DNA of 64,000 nt from Candidatus Hinthialibacteria bacterium OLB16 (GTDB taxonomy: Bacteria > Hinthialibacterota > Hinthialibacteria > OLB16), in NCBI GenBank assembly GCA_001567115.1, contig LMZT01000038.1, positions 9,530 through 73,529 of the forward strand, given 5' to 3'. Below the pieces are notes generated by a model. The model saw only the letters and a list, made by a program, of their open reading frames with translations, searched no databases and was not told the origin of the DNA. Shown one piece after another: positions 20,283-30,928 of the stretch (its first letter is position 1; each line of letters opens with the position of its first letter). The position numbers and the translations under genes are program-made.

Positions 20283-23154
20283 TCAGTACAGCCTCCAGTC
20301 TGTGACCGAAACATTCTGCCTTCGGACTCTGATCGCCAGGTCTCTCTGAAAGCCGGGAAGGGCGATTCTCAACCCCTGTCCCGCGCTGGCGCTGGCGGAC
20401 TGGCTCCCCTGGAAATTTCCGGTCCATGGATCGAAAAAGTCGATTTCGTATTGATCATCCAGAAGGGAAGGCAGTGTCACCTCGACCCCGCTGAGGGTCC
20501 GCTCTGGGGAAAGGTTTCCGGGGCCGGCACCGGAACCGAATGTATTCAATTTGTCACGCACCCATAACCTTGCCGCCTGGCTGGAGGCAGCCCCGAAAGC
20601 GATGATTGTGGATGGAACCGAAAGGCTCAAAGGCAGAAACTCCGGATCCTCGATGGCCTCCCCCTCGAAGAATGTTTTGATGGGAGGGTAATGAATGCCA
20701 TGGAGCGGGAAATTGGGCGCATTCCGGTTGCGGCTGGCATCCGGCTCGAGGTAACAGCCCCACCACCAGATGGCCGCCATGGAGTTTGTCATGGCTGTGG
20801 CCCACAGGGAGTTATGCAGATGAGTTCCCTGCAGCATGTGGTCTCTTTCCGCGGTGGTTCCAGAAAAAGCGCCTGGATTGAAATTGCATTCCTCCGCCCC
20901 GGCTGCGCCGATTCCGAATTCAGCGGCGTAAGCAGGTTTTCCAAATGAAGTTTGGAGGCTGCGAATCCGGGCATTGAGATGAATATCCCGTTCTGAAGCA
21001 GGCGCGGAATAATCATGAATCTGAGTCAGATCGATATCCGGGAGCTCCCAGATCCCCTGGAATCCGCTCTCATCGCTGCTGGTGGTGACCAGATGCTGAA
21101 AGGGATCGAGGGTTTTGATCCAGGAAGCCATCACCTGATGCCAGCTGGCAATGGCGCTGCGCATCGATTGGCTGTTGAACCAGTTCATTCCATTGCGGCC
21201 GGTGAACTGGACCTCATTGAACAGCTCCCAGGCTGAAAGGTTGGTGTAAGCCCCATAGCGCGCCACAATATACCGGAGCCGCCGCTGGTGCATTTCGATT
21301 GCAGAGGCACTGGTGAAGAATTGCTCGGGATTGCCCGAGGGAACCATGCCGCCATTCGTGGAGTTATACGGGTTTTCATTCCAGCGTGCATTCACCCAGC
21401 TGCTGAACTGCCCATGATCGTTGATCACCAGCTGAACTGTGATTCCCAGGCTCTCGGCGATCTCGATGATCTTCTCGATCCGGCAGGCGGCCTTGAGCGA
21501 ATACACCCCCACTCCTCCATAAAAACCCGACCAGTGTGAGGCGGACCATTCAATGGCGCTTCGCTCGAAGTCGGTCATCCAGATCCGGGTCCAGTTTCCG
21601 CCAGCTGCCTGAAGCGACTGAAGCAGGGGTGTGTAATAGGCGGTCCCATTCAGGTTGGGCGGGTTTCCATCACCAAAGGCGATGTTGTGCCCGATCGGGA
21701 AAAAGGTTCCCCCCTGTTCATATTCCAGAAGATATGGGTGGGAGGTGTGGAGGCGGATGAAGCCCTTCCTTTCCGAGGGAGTGACTGTAAAAGAGGCTGT
21801 CGCACTCCAGACATCCCCGGACTGGTCTCGTGCATGGAGCCGCCAGGTGTGCAGGCCGGTTTCGGATGGAGCGAACCGGACTTTCCAGTAAGGCGAACCC
21901 ACCGGGGTGTAGTTCTCGAAGGAGGGGTTGGTGATTGTAAAATCCTGTGTGTAGAACCCCGGCACATGCGCAGTCTTTCCGGAGGGGGTCTGAATCTCCG
22001 CGCTGATGTCGATGATATCCGGGTTGAATGGGCTGGCCCCTTCAAAGAAACGGTTCACTCCGAATGAGACCTCAAATCGTTCGTAACGTTCGATGGTTTC
22101 TCCTGATGGCTGGATGTTTTCAATCTGGAGTGGGGGGAGATCCTCTTTCTCCTGCAATGAATCGATCTGGACCTTGGCAGTGGAATTGGCCTGGTTGGAA
22201 AGCTGAATTCCGATGGCGCGCACCCGGCTTGATTGGGGTTCATCGGGCATGGTGAAGATCACCTCCTTCAGACTGTTATCCTCTGGAATGGCCTGAGTGT
22301 CTCCCCAGGAGCGCTGCAGATTTTCAGTGGTTTCGATGAATGGGCGCACCAGGAGCCTACGGTTCGAAGCCAGATGGAAAGCCAGCTGGGTGATGCCTTC
22401 CAGCGAAAAATCCTCCCGGCTGATGTCGGTGGATATCACACTCGTGGTTCCCGCGGGAAGATTCACCACCAGCACCCCATCGCCATCTCCCAGCGAAGAG
22501 GCTTGCCTCTCGAGTCCATTGCCGGGCGGAGGAGCTTCCAGGGGCAGGCTGTTCCCGGCCAGCGAGCCGCTTCGGAGGATCCAGTATTCAGTCCCAAACG
22601 GGTGGGGCAGGGAGAACCGGCTCGGAAGGGGAGCTCCGATCACACCCGCACGATGGACTCGAACATCTGTGTTCTGCCCGGAATTGTATACTCGAATTCC
22701 AAAGGCCTGGATGGCTGATTTGTCGGTGTTGCTGATCTCCAGCGATGCCACAACCCGGGTGGGCTGACCGGCCGGGACAGCGACAGCCGATCCCTGGTTG
22801 AAATTGTAGGAAGGCCCGCTCTGGTGGAAAACCTGCACTGTCACTGCATGAGAGGCGGTGAGCTCGATAAATACTGTGTTCCAGCGTGAGAGGTTTCTCG
22901 AACTGAATCCGGTCGAAACCGCTGTGTCCCGGGAGGATTTCAATGTGAATGCGAGGTCGCCATTCGAAGCGGAAAGCCCGGTGCCATTCTGTCCGCCGGT
23001 GTGGCCTTCGATGGCATCCCCATTGAAATTGGCAATCCAGCCTTCGGTGCTGCTCAGAAATTCATGAATATCAGCAGTGGCATCGCCATGGCACCCCGCC
23101 AGCGGAACACACAGCAGCATCCCGATCAGAAAAAAATGCCGGATGGTTATCATA
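20283..23154 (-). CDS. Lipoprotein glycoside hydrolase, GH5-like TIM-barrel catalytic domain, with an N-terminal CBM4/9-like carbohydrate-binding domain.
   Basis: Lipobox MITIRHFFLIGMLLCVPLAGC at the internal ATG (the ORF-track TTG start at 23264 is an over-extension). N-terminal EGWIANFNGDAIEGHTGGQNG (CBM4/9-like). Catalytic-region motif WELFNEVQF (NE acid/base motif of clan GH-A). Confidence 0.6.
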
Positions 23155-23248
23155 ATCGCAGAAAGTTTATCAAAAATCCGGAGAGAAGGGGCGGCGGCAA
23201 GGCCCACTCCCCCCTTTCCTGAGAAAAGGGGGAGTGGGAGGGTTTGAA

Positions 23249-24403
23249 TTAATAAAGCGACCAATTCTGAACATCGGTGGGTTGGTCGTTATGTCCGCGT
23301 ATGTGGTCCACCTGGATGGTCAAGTCAGTGGGATGGCCGTAAAAGTTGATTCCAATTCTTTCCACATTATCCACAAAATTCAAGCCAGTCAGTTCTCCGG
23401 TGAGCTTGTGCCACTGCCCATCGGCCGGGAGGTTGACCGGCTGCCCGCCCAGGTTCTGATAATTGTATCCACCCGATTGAATGAACAGGGCTGCCCCGAT
23501 CGATTCTCCCTCGGGGCCGGTGGCACGGCACATCCAGTCGATAAACTGGTAATTGCTGATGTCGGTTGGACGGCTGTAGTAGTCATTCGGGACTTCGCTG
23601 AATTTTCCCGCTCCATTGCCAATCGAAAGAGCACCGCCGATTCCGTTTCCTCCGGAGGTGATGCCTCCCAGAGACACAAATTCGAGCGCTCCATCCACAC
23701 CTGCAGCGGGATTGATGCTCAAACCGGCCTGAGACTGGACATTCCCGTTCCCCTGAATCGCATCACCATTGAAATTGACAAACACGGATTGAAAACCATT
23801 ATCCGGGCTTTCGGGGGTGAAACGGGCAATGTAGCGTTCGGTCAGCGATGGCCCGAGGGACCGGACTTCCTCCAGGGACCACTGGGCCTGTGCGGTGTGG
23901 GCGCGAATATTGATCCCCCAGGATGTCACCCAGGCGATTTCGGTTGGAAGCAGCACCGATAACGGGACTGTAATGCTCTGCGGCACACCTGAAACGAACT
24001 GCACATCATGCCCGATCAGCGCGGAGGATCCTTTATAGGTGTATCCGACACCGCACTGCATGAAAAATTCGACATTGATGGTCGGGTCATCGCCGGTGTA
24101 CATCACATTGACAAACTCCACTGCTGACAGCCCGGTCAGGTCCACGCCTCCCGCTTGGGGCTGAAAGATGGCGTTGAGGTTGTTGAAATTATCGCGAATG
24201 GCTCCACCGCTTCCATCTGTTTCCCAGGTCAGGCGGCCATTTTCATCGTAATTGATATTCTGGATGGTGCCGAATCCCTGTTCCCAGCCTTCATCTGTCC
24301 CATCGAAGGTGTTGAGAACATGGGGGGACTGGGCCAGAGCACTTCCCACCCACAGCACCAGTGCCAGGCTTAAAAAATGATTCAACCGCAGCATCATTTG
24401 CAT
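23249..24403 (-). CDS. Secreted protein made of two tandem CBM4/9-like domains (putative glycan-binding protein with no catalytic domain).
   Basis: Signal peptide MQMMLRLNHFLSLALVLWVGSALAQS. Domain 1 NTFDGTDEGWEQGFGT..., domain 2 VNFNGDAIQGNGN.... The second shares the NFNGDAI(E/Q)G motif with the N-terminus of the adjacent GH5-like enzyme. Confidence 0.55.
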   Translation of the reverse strand: MQMMLRLNHFLSLALVLWVGSALAQSPHVLNTFDGTDEGWEQGFGTIQNINYDENGRLTWETDGSGGAIRDNFNNLNAIFQPQAGGVDLTGLSAVEFVNVMYTGDDPTINVEFFMQCGVGYTYKGSSALIGHDVQFVSGVPQSITVPLSVLLPTEIAWVTSWGINIRAHTAQAQWSLEEVRSLGPSLTERYIARFTPESPDNGFQSVFVNFNGDAIQGNGNVQSQAGLSINPAAGVDGALEFVSLGGITSGGNGIGGALSIGNGAGKFSEVPNDYYSRPTDISNYQFIDWMCRATGPEGESIGAALFIQSGGYNYQNLGGQPVNLPADGQWHKLTGELTGLNFVDNVERIGINFYGHPTDLTIQVDHIRGHNDQPTDVQNWSLY

Positions 24404-24731
24404 TCCTCCTGTTTGTGCATCTTCCGGGCCGGAATCGCCGCACTCCGCAGGCTTTCCGATACGCAATTTACTAGACTCTCCAGGACCTGTCAACGAAAAA
24501 GAAATCATAATATTATGCTTTGATCTGGGGCTGGCTGCTCTCCGAATCGTTCGGAATTCGATCCTGTGAGTTCAGTTTTCTCTCGATAATGCCTTGCAGA
24601 GACTGTATTCCCGGGATTCCGGTTTCAGTTCATTTCAAGATTGATCTCCACAAAGGCTGGTGAATATACTATCCTGCCGAGTGTGGCAGCAGTATTTTGG
24701 CAACCAGCACAACAACCCTGGAAGGTGATAC

Positions 24732-25883
24732 ATGGCGGTGGACAGGATGATGATCGATTATTCTGAGCAGTTCAATCAACCTGTTTCGAAAGACAGCCCG
24801 GTGCCTCTCTATGCACAGGTGCAGGAAATCCTGAGCAATTTCATCCTTGAAAAAGCCCTGCCGGAAGGAACGGAATTTCCCACCGAAGCGCAATTATGCG
24901 ATATCTTCCAGGTCAGCCGCATCACCACCAAACGTGCGCTGGATGAGCTGGTCCGCGAAGGAATGATCCGCCGTGTTAAAGGAGTGGGCAATTTTGTCGC
25001 TTCACCCACTGAAGAAGTCGAGGTCGAATCCCGCAACTATGGCCTGGTGGCCGACAGCTCTTTTGATCTGTTCTCGAACAACTTCTACTCCAAGGTTTTT
25101 CAGGGCATCTATGAAAGCGTGACGGATGAAGGCGGCAGCCTGGTATTCGCACTTTCGGACCGGAATGTCACCGACCGGAACCATTTCTCGGGGGTGATCC
25201 GTTCACGATCCATCTCGGCCTTGATCGCACTTGGCTCCCTCCATGAGGACACCCTGGCCCTGCTCCGGGACCAGAAAATACCGACTGTCCTGGTGGATGA
25301 TGACTGCCCCGGCTTTAACCGTGTGGTGACTGACAATGTCAATGGAGCCGAAGCCGCAGTCGGATACCTGGTCCGCCATGGCCATGAAAAAATCGGCCTG
25401 ATGACCAGCGATAGAACCACCAGCTTCCGCCAGCGGACTCAGGGTTTTATCCGTGCCATGAAAAAAGCGGGCCTTTCCTGTGAACCCGAATGGATCAAAT
25501 CGGTGGATGGGTTTGCCCTGGAGGCCGGTTTCCAGGAATTCCTGGAGGTCCTGTCCCTCCCTGAGGCTCTGCGCCCCACCGCTCTCTTTGCGGTCAATGA
25601 CCACTATGCCATGAATGGAGTTCGTGCCGCCCAGCATCTCGGGCTTCAGGTTCCCCAGGATGTCTCCATCATGGGCTTTGATGATACCCCCTATGCCACC
25701 ATGTCGAATCCCAACCTGACCACAGTCCGGGTCCAGATGCACCGTATGGGCGAACTGGCTGTCGCCACCCTGCGCCGGATGATGGAATCGCGCCGCTCCG
25801 AAGTGGAGTGCCTGATCCTGTCGACTGAGGTCATCCAGAGGGATTCGGTCGCTTCATGTGTTCCGGTTGAAACTCTGGTCTGA
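24732..25883 (+). CDS. Transcriptional regulator with GntR-type winged-helix HTH fused to a LacI/PBP1-type sugar-binding domain (AraR-like architecture).
   Basis: N-terminus PLYAQVQEILSNFILEKALPEGTEFPTEAQLCDIFQVSRITTKRALDELVREGMIRRVKGVGNFV (GntR HTH). C-terminal periplasmic-binding-protein-like fold (VLVDDDCPGFNRVVTDNVNGAEAAVGYLVRHGHEKIGLM...). Confidence 0.7.
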   Translation: MAVDRMMIDYSEQFNQPVSKDSPVPLYAQVQEILSNFILEKALPEGTEFPTEAQLCDIFQVSRITTKRALDELVREGMIRRVKGVGNFVASPTEEVEVESRNYGLVADSSFDLFSNNFYSKVFQGIYESVTDEGGSLVFALSDRNVTDRNHFSGVIRSRSISALIALGSLHEDTLALLRDQKIPTVLVDDDCPGFNRVVTDNVNGAEAAVGYLVRHGHEKIGLMTSDRTTSFRQRTQGFIRAMKKAGLSCEPEWIKSVDGFALEAGFQEFLEVLSLPEALRPTALFAVNDHYAMNGVRAAQHLGLQVPQDVSIMGFDDTPYATMSNPNLTTVRVQMHRMGELAVATLRRMMESRRSEVECLILSTEVIQRDSVASCVPVETLV

Positions 25884-25950
25884 CTCAAACCACGGATTGT
25901 CCGGTCCGGGTGATTGACAATCCTCCCCTCGAGAAGGAAATCTACTCTCC

Positions 25951-27045
25951 ATGAAATTTGCCAAACCAAAGAAGTTATCCGAAATAGCCCAGAAGACCGG
26001 CGCGCAGCTCAATTCTCCCGAGGCGGGAGAGGTTCTGGTTTCAGGAATCAACACCGCCGATACAGCCGAAAGTGGCGATCTGGTCTGGGCGGAATCCAAA
26101 GAAGCGGTTGAAGGCCTGACAGGCAGCCCGGCCGCCGCAGCGATACTCCCTCCGGCTTCGAAAGGAATCGCATTTCCAGCCCTGGTTCACCCGCTGCCAA
26201 AATTGATCTTCGGAATGCTGATCGAAGAATTCATCCCGGTGGGTTTGGGAGATCCCTCGACAAGCCGCATCCATCCGGCCGCTGAAATCGATCCTCGCGC
26301 TGTGATCGGTGGAAATGTGACGATCGGGGCGCACACGAGGGTTCAGGCCGGTGCGGTGATCGGAAATGGATGTGAGATCGGAGAGAACTGCATGGTGGCA
26401 TACAATGCGGTTCTGAACTGGGGCACACGCCTCGGAAATCGTGCCATCATCCATGCGAATGCGGTTCTCGGCACCGATGGCTTTGGTTATGTCCAGAAGC
26501 CGGTGGATGGGGATCCCACCACCTGGGAGAGCCTCAAGGTCCCTCATGCCGGCTGTGTGATTGTCGAGGATGATGTGGAAATCGGGGCCTGTGTGTGCAT
26601 CGACCGGGGACTGCTCCAGCCGACAGTCATCGGGAAGGGAACCAAGATCGACAACCTGGTCCAGATCGGCCATAACTGCCGGATCGGACCTCACAACATC
26701 ATTGTGGGGCAGGTCGGTTTTTCAGGCAGCATTACCACCGGCAAGAATGTGATTGCCGCCGGGCAGGCAGGTGTCGCAGACCATTCAGACATCGGGGATC
26801 GAGCCATACTCATGGCCGGAGTCAAACTGGCTGGAAAAATACCTGCTGACAGCAAGCTGATCGGGTACCCTCCGATGGAAAGAAGCCTGTTTTTCCGCTG
26901 GGCAACCACCCTTCAGGATATTGTCCTGGTCCCCAAAATTCTTCGTGCCGCCATTGAATCTGATAATTTCGATGCCTTCCGGCAGCGCCTTGCAGAGACC
27001 AAAATGCCGGAACGCTGGTTTCGGCTGCTGGGTGGCATGAAATAG
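25951..27045 (+). CDS. lpxD: UDP-3-O-(3-hydroxyacyl)glucosamine N-acyltransferase LpxD (lipid A biosynthesis).
   Basis: Left-handed beta-helix hexapeptide repeats and LpxD motifs ([28 protein letters not shown]). 364 aa. Confidence 0.8.
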   Translation: MKFAKPKKLSEIAQKTGAQLNSPEAGEVLVSGINTADTAESGDLVWAESKEAVEGLTGSPAAAAILPPASKGIAFPALVHPLPKLIFGMLIEEFIPVGLGDPSTSRIHPAAEIDPRAVIGGNVTIGAHTRVQAGAVIGNGCEIGENCMVAYNAVLNWGTRLGNRAIIHANAVLGTDGFGYVQKPVDGDPTTWESLKVPHAGCVIVEDDVEIGACVCIDRGLLQPTVIGKGTKIDNLVQIGHNCRIGPHNIIVGQVGFSGSITTGKNVIAAGQAGVADHSDIGDRAILMAGVKLAGKIPADSKLIGYPPMERSLFFRWATTLQDIVLVPKILRAAIESDNFDAFRQRLAETKMPERWFRLLGGMK

Positions 27046-27091
27046 CCTGCTGGCTGGCTGCTGCTGCAGCGCTCGAGGTTCCCAGATCCGC

Positions 27092-27117
27092 GTCATTCCC
27101 ATGAAAATGGGAATCCA
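27092..27117. repeat. REP-like palindromic element (GTCATTCCCAtgaaaaTGGGAATCCA).
   Basis: Inverted repeat TTCCCA/TGGGAA in the lpxD-downstream intergenic region, related to the 27191 and 43516 copies. Confidence 0.45.
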
Positions 27118-27190
27118 CAGGAGGGGCGGAAAGCCCTCAGAATTTCGTGAAGATCCATCGGTGAGAGGTGAAACGGCTCTCGCCAACTTG

Positions 27191-27216
27191 GATTCCCGCT
27201 TCCGCGGGAAAGACGG
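27191..27216. repeat. REP-like palindromic element GATTCCCGCttcCGCGGGAAagacgg.
   Basis: Perfect TTCCCGC/GCGGGAA inverted repeat. Near-identical copy at 43516-43540. Generates the spurious LDSRFRGKDG ORF at 27101-27601. Confidence 0.55.
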
Positions 27217-27260
27217 TAGTGGGTTGTCTGCCGGTTGTTTGAGTCGCCAGCAGGTTAAAT

Positions 27261-29279
27261 TCAACGGAGATCTCCTTCCGGGAAAATGGTTAGCGCAGGT
27301 GGACCTGCTGGCTGTCTTTTCGTTGGTTTCGGAGATTGGGTTCCGGCACGATCCTGGAGCCTCCGATACGCATCGCGGTATTCCCCATTCCGGGGAGCAG
27401 CAGCCTGTGCCTGCTCGAACTGCTCGAGGGCCTCACGAAGATTGCCTGCCAGTTCCAGATCCTTGCCATACAGAAAATGTGTTTGTGCCCTTTCGGGCTG
27501 GATGCGGGCTGATTCTGTCGGAGCCAGAACCAGGGATTCCTCGAAGTGCTGCAAGGCCCCTGCATAATCCCCTGTTTGGCGTAAGGATATGGCCAGATTA
27601 AAGTGCAGAGGTGCATAGGGTGCTGCTTTCTGAATGCCCTCCCGAAACACCTCCAGAGACTCTGCCCACCTCCCCGCTTCCTGAAGCGCTGATCCATAAT
27701 CATTGTAGAGGTCGGCCTGCCCGGGCTTCTGCTCCAGGCAATCCTTGAACTGGGCGATGGCCTCCTCGATCTTCCCATCAGCCGCCAGCGCGATCGCCAG
27801 ATTGCGGTGCGCATTGGTGAATCCGGGATCGATCAGCACCGCTGTGCGCAGATGCTCAAGGGCTTTTGCACGATTCCCCATCTGTGCATGGGCATTTGCC
27901 AGCCCGAAATGAAAGCGTGCCTCCCCGGGCAGGATGCGGAGCCCCTCCTGGTAAGTCCCGACCGCCTCATCAAAACGCCGGGCCTGAAGCAGCGCCTGTC
28001 CGAGATGATCCCGTGGATAATAGGCATCGGGATTCAATAAAACATTGTGTGACCAGAAAGTGACATTGTCCTTGTAGATGCGGCACTGGTTCCAGGTCAA
28101 TCCCAGCAGAATCACACACAGGAGTGTGATGCCGGCCTGCCCAGCCTTCTGGATCCGCAGCGGCGCATTTTTGAGATGCCCCGCACCCAGCACAGCCGCT
28201 CCTGTGAGCGGCAGCGCAGAGGCCAGGTATTGAAAGTGGTCCGCGACAAATGAAAAGCGCTGGAATGAAAAAGGGATGAATCCCAGCGAGGGCAGCAGAA
28301 TCACGATGAATCCAAAAATGACAAACCGCAGGCCACGAACCAGGGGGCTATGGAACCAGCAGAGTGCACCCAGACAGCCGGCAAGGCCGGCCAAAGGGAG
28401 CCAGTCCAGCAGGTTGGAAGGGGCGATCGTCCAATGGGGATAAATCGGCATCAGCTGAAATGGCCAAACCAGTTTGAAGAGATAGAACCAAACCGCATGG
28501 GCCGCGATCAATGTCCGCTGCAGCAGGGTCTCGCTGTATTCTTCTCCAACCGGTAAAGCCACTGTCTGTTCCACATGCCAGTAAATCCCGCCGACCAAAA
28601 CAGCTGCCAGAAGGAATGGGATTGTCTGCACAAAGGCCTTGAGTCTTTCATTTCCTTTCCAGGCTTCGAGCAGAAACAGAAAAAAGGGCACCATGCAGAC
28701 CGAGCTTTTTGCCAGCATGGCCAGAGTAAAAGCGCCCAGGGAAATGGCATAGAAAAACCCACGGCGCGGTTCCTCGCCTGGCCGCTGATATTTGTCCCAG
28801 GCAGAAACGCACACCAGGGAAAACAATCCCGAAAGCACATCCTTTCGCTCGGTGATCCAGGCCACCGACTCCACATGAACTGGATGCAGTGCGAACAGAA
28901 AGGCCGCTGTTGCGGCTCCTGCCAGCCCCAGCCGTCCGGCTATTCCGAGAACCAGAATGGCATTAGCGAGATGCAGAAGGACATTGACCAGGTGATATCC
29001 GAAGGGATGCAGCCCCCACAGCTGGTACTCGGCCCAGAAAGTCGTCATTACCAGAGGGTGATAGGCATAAGCGGTCGGTTCGGTCCACACCCTCCACCAC
29101 CCATCCGGTGATGTGAGTTTCTCGTTCTCAACCACATACAGCCAGTCATCGAAGACATACCCCCCGAGTAATGCCGGTACATAAGCGCACAGAGTTGCCA
29201 GAACCAGGGGGATCAGGATCCCCGAGCCTTTTCCACGGGAGTCCGTCGGGTTCGAAAGGGAGGAAGGAGGGAGAATCAT
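27261..29279 (-). CDS. Polytopic membrane protein with C-terminal TPR repeats (TMTC/PMT_2-like, DUF1736-type putative GT-C glycosyltransferase).
   Basis: N-terminal half with many hydrophobic helices (YVFDDWLYVVENEKL...HPLVMTTFWAEYQLWGLHPFGYHLVNVLLH). C-terminal half with repeated TPR-like units (EAIAQFKDCLEQKPGQADLYNDYGSALQEAGRWAESLEVF...). Start chosen at MILPP, preceded by a GGGAGTGG RBS. Confidence 0.55.
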   Translation of the reverse strand: MILPPSSLSNPTDSRGKGSGILIPLVLATLCAYVPALLGGYVFDDWLYVVENEKLTSPDGWWRVWTEPTAYAYHPLVMTTFWAEYQLWGLHPFGYHLVNVLLHLANAILVLGIAGRLGLAGAATAAFLFALHPVHVESVAWITERKDVLSGLFSLVCVSAWDKYQRPGEEPRRGFFYAISLGAFTLAMLAKSSVCMVPFFLFLLEAWKGNERLKAFVQTIPFLLAAVLVGGIYWHVEQTVALPVGEEYSETLLQRTLIAAHAVWFYLFKLVWPFQLMPIYPHWTIAPSNLLDWLPLAGLAGCLGALCWFHSPLVRGLRFVIFGFIVILLPSLGFIPFSFQRFSFVADHFQYLASALPLTGAAVLGAGHLKNAPLRIQKAGQAGITLLCVILLGLTWNQCRIYKDNVTFWSHNVLLNPDAYYPRDHLGQALLQARRFDEAVGTYQEGLRILPGEARFHFGLANAHAQMGNRAKALEHLRTAVLIDPGFTNAHRNLAIALAADGKIEEAIAQFKDCLEQKPGQADLYNDYGSALQEAGRWAESLEVFREGIQKAAPYAPLHFNLAISLRQTGDYAGALQHFEESLVLAPTESARIQPERAQTHFLYGKDLELAGNLREALEQFEQAQAAAPRNGEYRDAYRRLQDRAGTQSPKPTKRQPAGPPALTIFPEGDLR

Positions 29280-29365
29280 TTTTTGGCCACTCCCCAAAAT
29301 AGATCTGGACAGGAAAACCTGGCATGTATATAGTGCACATATAGTCACTATTACGGGGGTCCAGA

Positions 29366-30919
29366 ATGTTCACTCGAATTTTCTCTTCAGCGGTCCAGGG
29401 AGTCGATGCCATCACAGTTCTGGTCGAGGTGGATGTGGCACGTGGTTTTCCCGGTTTCACCATGGTGGGACTCCCCGACCAGGCAGTCAAGGAAAGCCGT
29501 GACCGTGTCAAATCGGCCCTCAAGAATAATGGTTTCGCATTTCCGCAAAAGCAGATCACGATCAATCTTGCCCCAGCGGATATTCCCAAGGAAGGAGCCG
29601 CATTCGATCTCCCGATGGCTCTCGGGCTGCTGGCGGGCAGCGAACAGATCCCCATCGACCATGTCCAGGATTATCTGATGATCGGGGAATTGGCCCTGGA
29701 TGGAGCCATCCGTCCTGTCAGAGGGACCCTTTCGATGGCCGCTCTGGTTAAATCCTCAAAGCACCTCAAAGGAATTATAGTGCCGGCTGAGAATGCCGGT
29801 GAAGCGGCAGTGGTCGGTGGCCTGCCGGTCTATCCGGCCAGGAATATGATGGAGGTCATCCAGTTCCTGACCGATGGCTCAGGCCTGATTCCATTCGATC
29901 TGGAGGTTTCCCGCCTGTTTAAGGAAGCGACCCGTTACTCCCTCGATTTCCTGGATGTCAAAGGCCAGGCCCATGCCAAACGGGCGGTCGAGGTGGCCGC
30001 CGCCGGTGGCCACAACATTCTGCTGGTGGGGCCTCCTGGATCGGGAAAAACCATGCTGGCCCGCCGGTTGCCGACTATCCTGCCGGATCTGTCTCTTGAA
30101 GAATCGATCGAGACCACCAAAGTGCATTCGATTACCGGGAACTTGCGGAAGGGCCAATCGCTGGTGCGTGAACGCCCCTTTCGGGCGCCTCACCACACAA
30201 TTTCAGATGCGGGACTGGTGGGTGGAGGGCGCATCCCCCGCCCGGGTGAAGTCAGCCTGGCGCATAATGGAGTTCTCTTTCTCGATGAACTGCCGGAATT
30301 CAACCGGAATGTTCTGGAAGTTCTGCGGGAACCTCTCGAATCGGGGCATGTCACCATCTCGCGGGTCCATTCCACCCTGATGTTTCCCGCGCGCTTCATG
30401 CTGGCAGCGGCCTGCAACCCATGCCCCTGCGGCTATTTCGGGGATCCAACCCATAAATGTGTGTGTGGCATCCGCGATGTTCAGAGATATATCGGCAGGC
30501 TCTCCGGACCGTTGCTGGACCGCATCGATCTGCATGTCGAAGTCCCCTCGGTGCCTTATGACGAGATGGTCTCGGAAAGGTCCGGGGAAACTTCAGCTCA
30601 AATACGTGCAAGAGTCACCGAATGCCGCCGCATCCAGCGTGAGAGGTATGCCGGATCCCAGGTGTTCTGCAATGCCCACATGGTTTCCGCGGATATGGAC
30701 AAACATGCCCGAATGAGCGATTCCACACGCCGTCTGCTGCGGTCGGCGATCGATCAGCTCGGCCTTTCGGCACGTGCTTATGATCGTGTTCTCAAGGTCT
30801 CACGCACCATCGCTGATCTGGCACAGTCAGAATATATCGCTGAGGAACACCTCTGCGAGGCGATCCAATATCGAACTCTCGACCGGAAACTCTTCGGCCA
30901 GGTGCGGGAGGCAGCCTGA
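29366..30919 (+). CDS. comM: YifB/ComM family Mg-chelatase-like AAA+ ATPase.
   Basis: N-terminal Lon-like domain (VDVARGFPGFTMVGLPDQAVKESRDRV). Walker A GPPGSGKT. VLFLDELPEF, zinc-ribbon CNPCPCGYFGDPTHKCVCG and C-terminal ComM tail all present. Confidence 0.85.
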   Translation: MFTRIFSSAVQGVDAITVLVEVDVARGFPGFTMVGLPDQAVKESRDRVKSALKNNGFAFPQKQITINLAPADIPKEGAAFDLPMALGLLAGSEQIPIDHVQDYLMIGELALDGAIRPVRGTLSMAALVKSSKHLKGIIVPAENAGEAAVVGGLPVYPARNMMEVIQFLTDGSGLIPFDLEVSRLFKEATRYSLDFLDVKGQAHAKRAVEVAAAGGHNILLVGPPGSGKTMLARRLPTILPDLSLEESIETTKVHSITGNLRKGQSLVRERPFRAPHHTISDAGLVGGGRIPRPGEVSLAHNGVLFLDELPEFNRNVLEVLREPLESGHVTISRVHSTLMFPARFMLAAACNPCPCGYFGDPTHKCVCGIRDVQRYIGRLSGPLLDRIDLHVEVPSVPYDEMVSERSGETSAQIRARVTECRRIQRERYAGSQVFCNAHMVSADMDKHARMSDSTRRLLRSAIDQLGLSARAYDRVLKVSRTIADLAQSEYIAEEHLCEAIQYRTLDRKLFGQVREAA

Positions 30920-30928
30920 ACCGCTCTC

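Noticed and set aside
26785-27601. ORFs 26785-27264 (minus) and 27101-27601 (plus), plus 43507-43689, with LDSRFRGNDG / PSFPRKRESK peptides
   Set aside because: These are translations of the REP-like palindromic repeats and are reported as repeat features.
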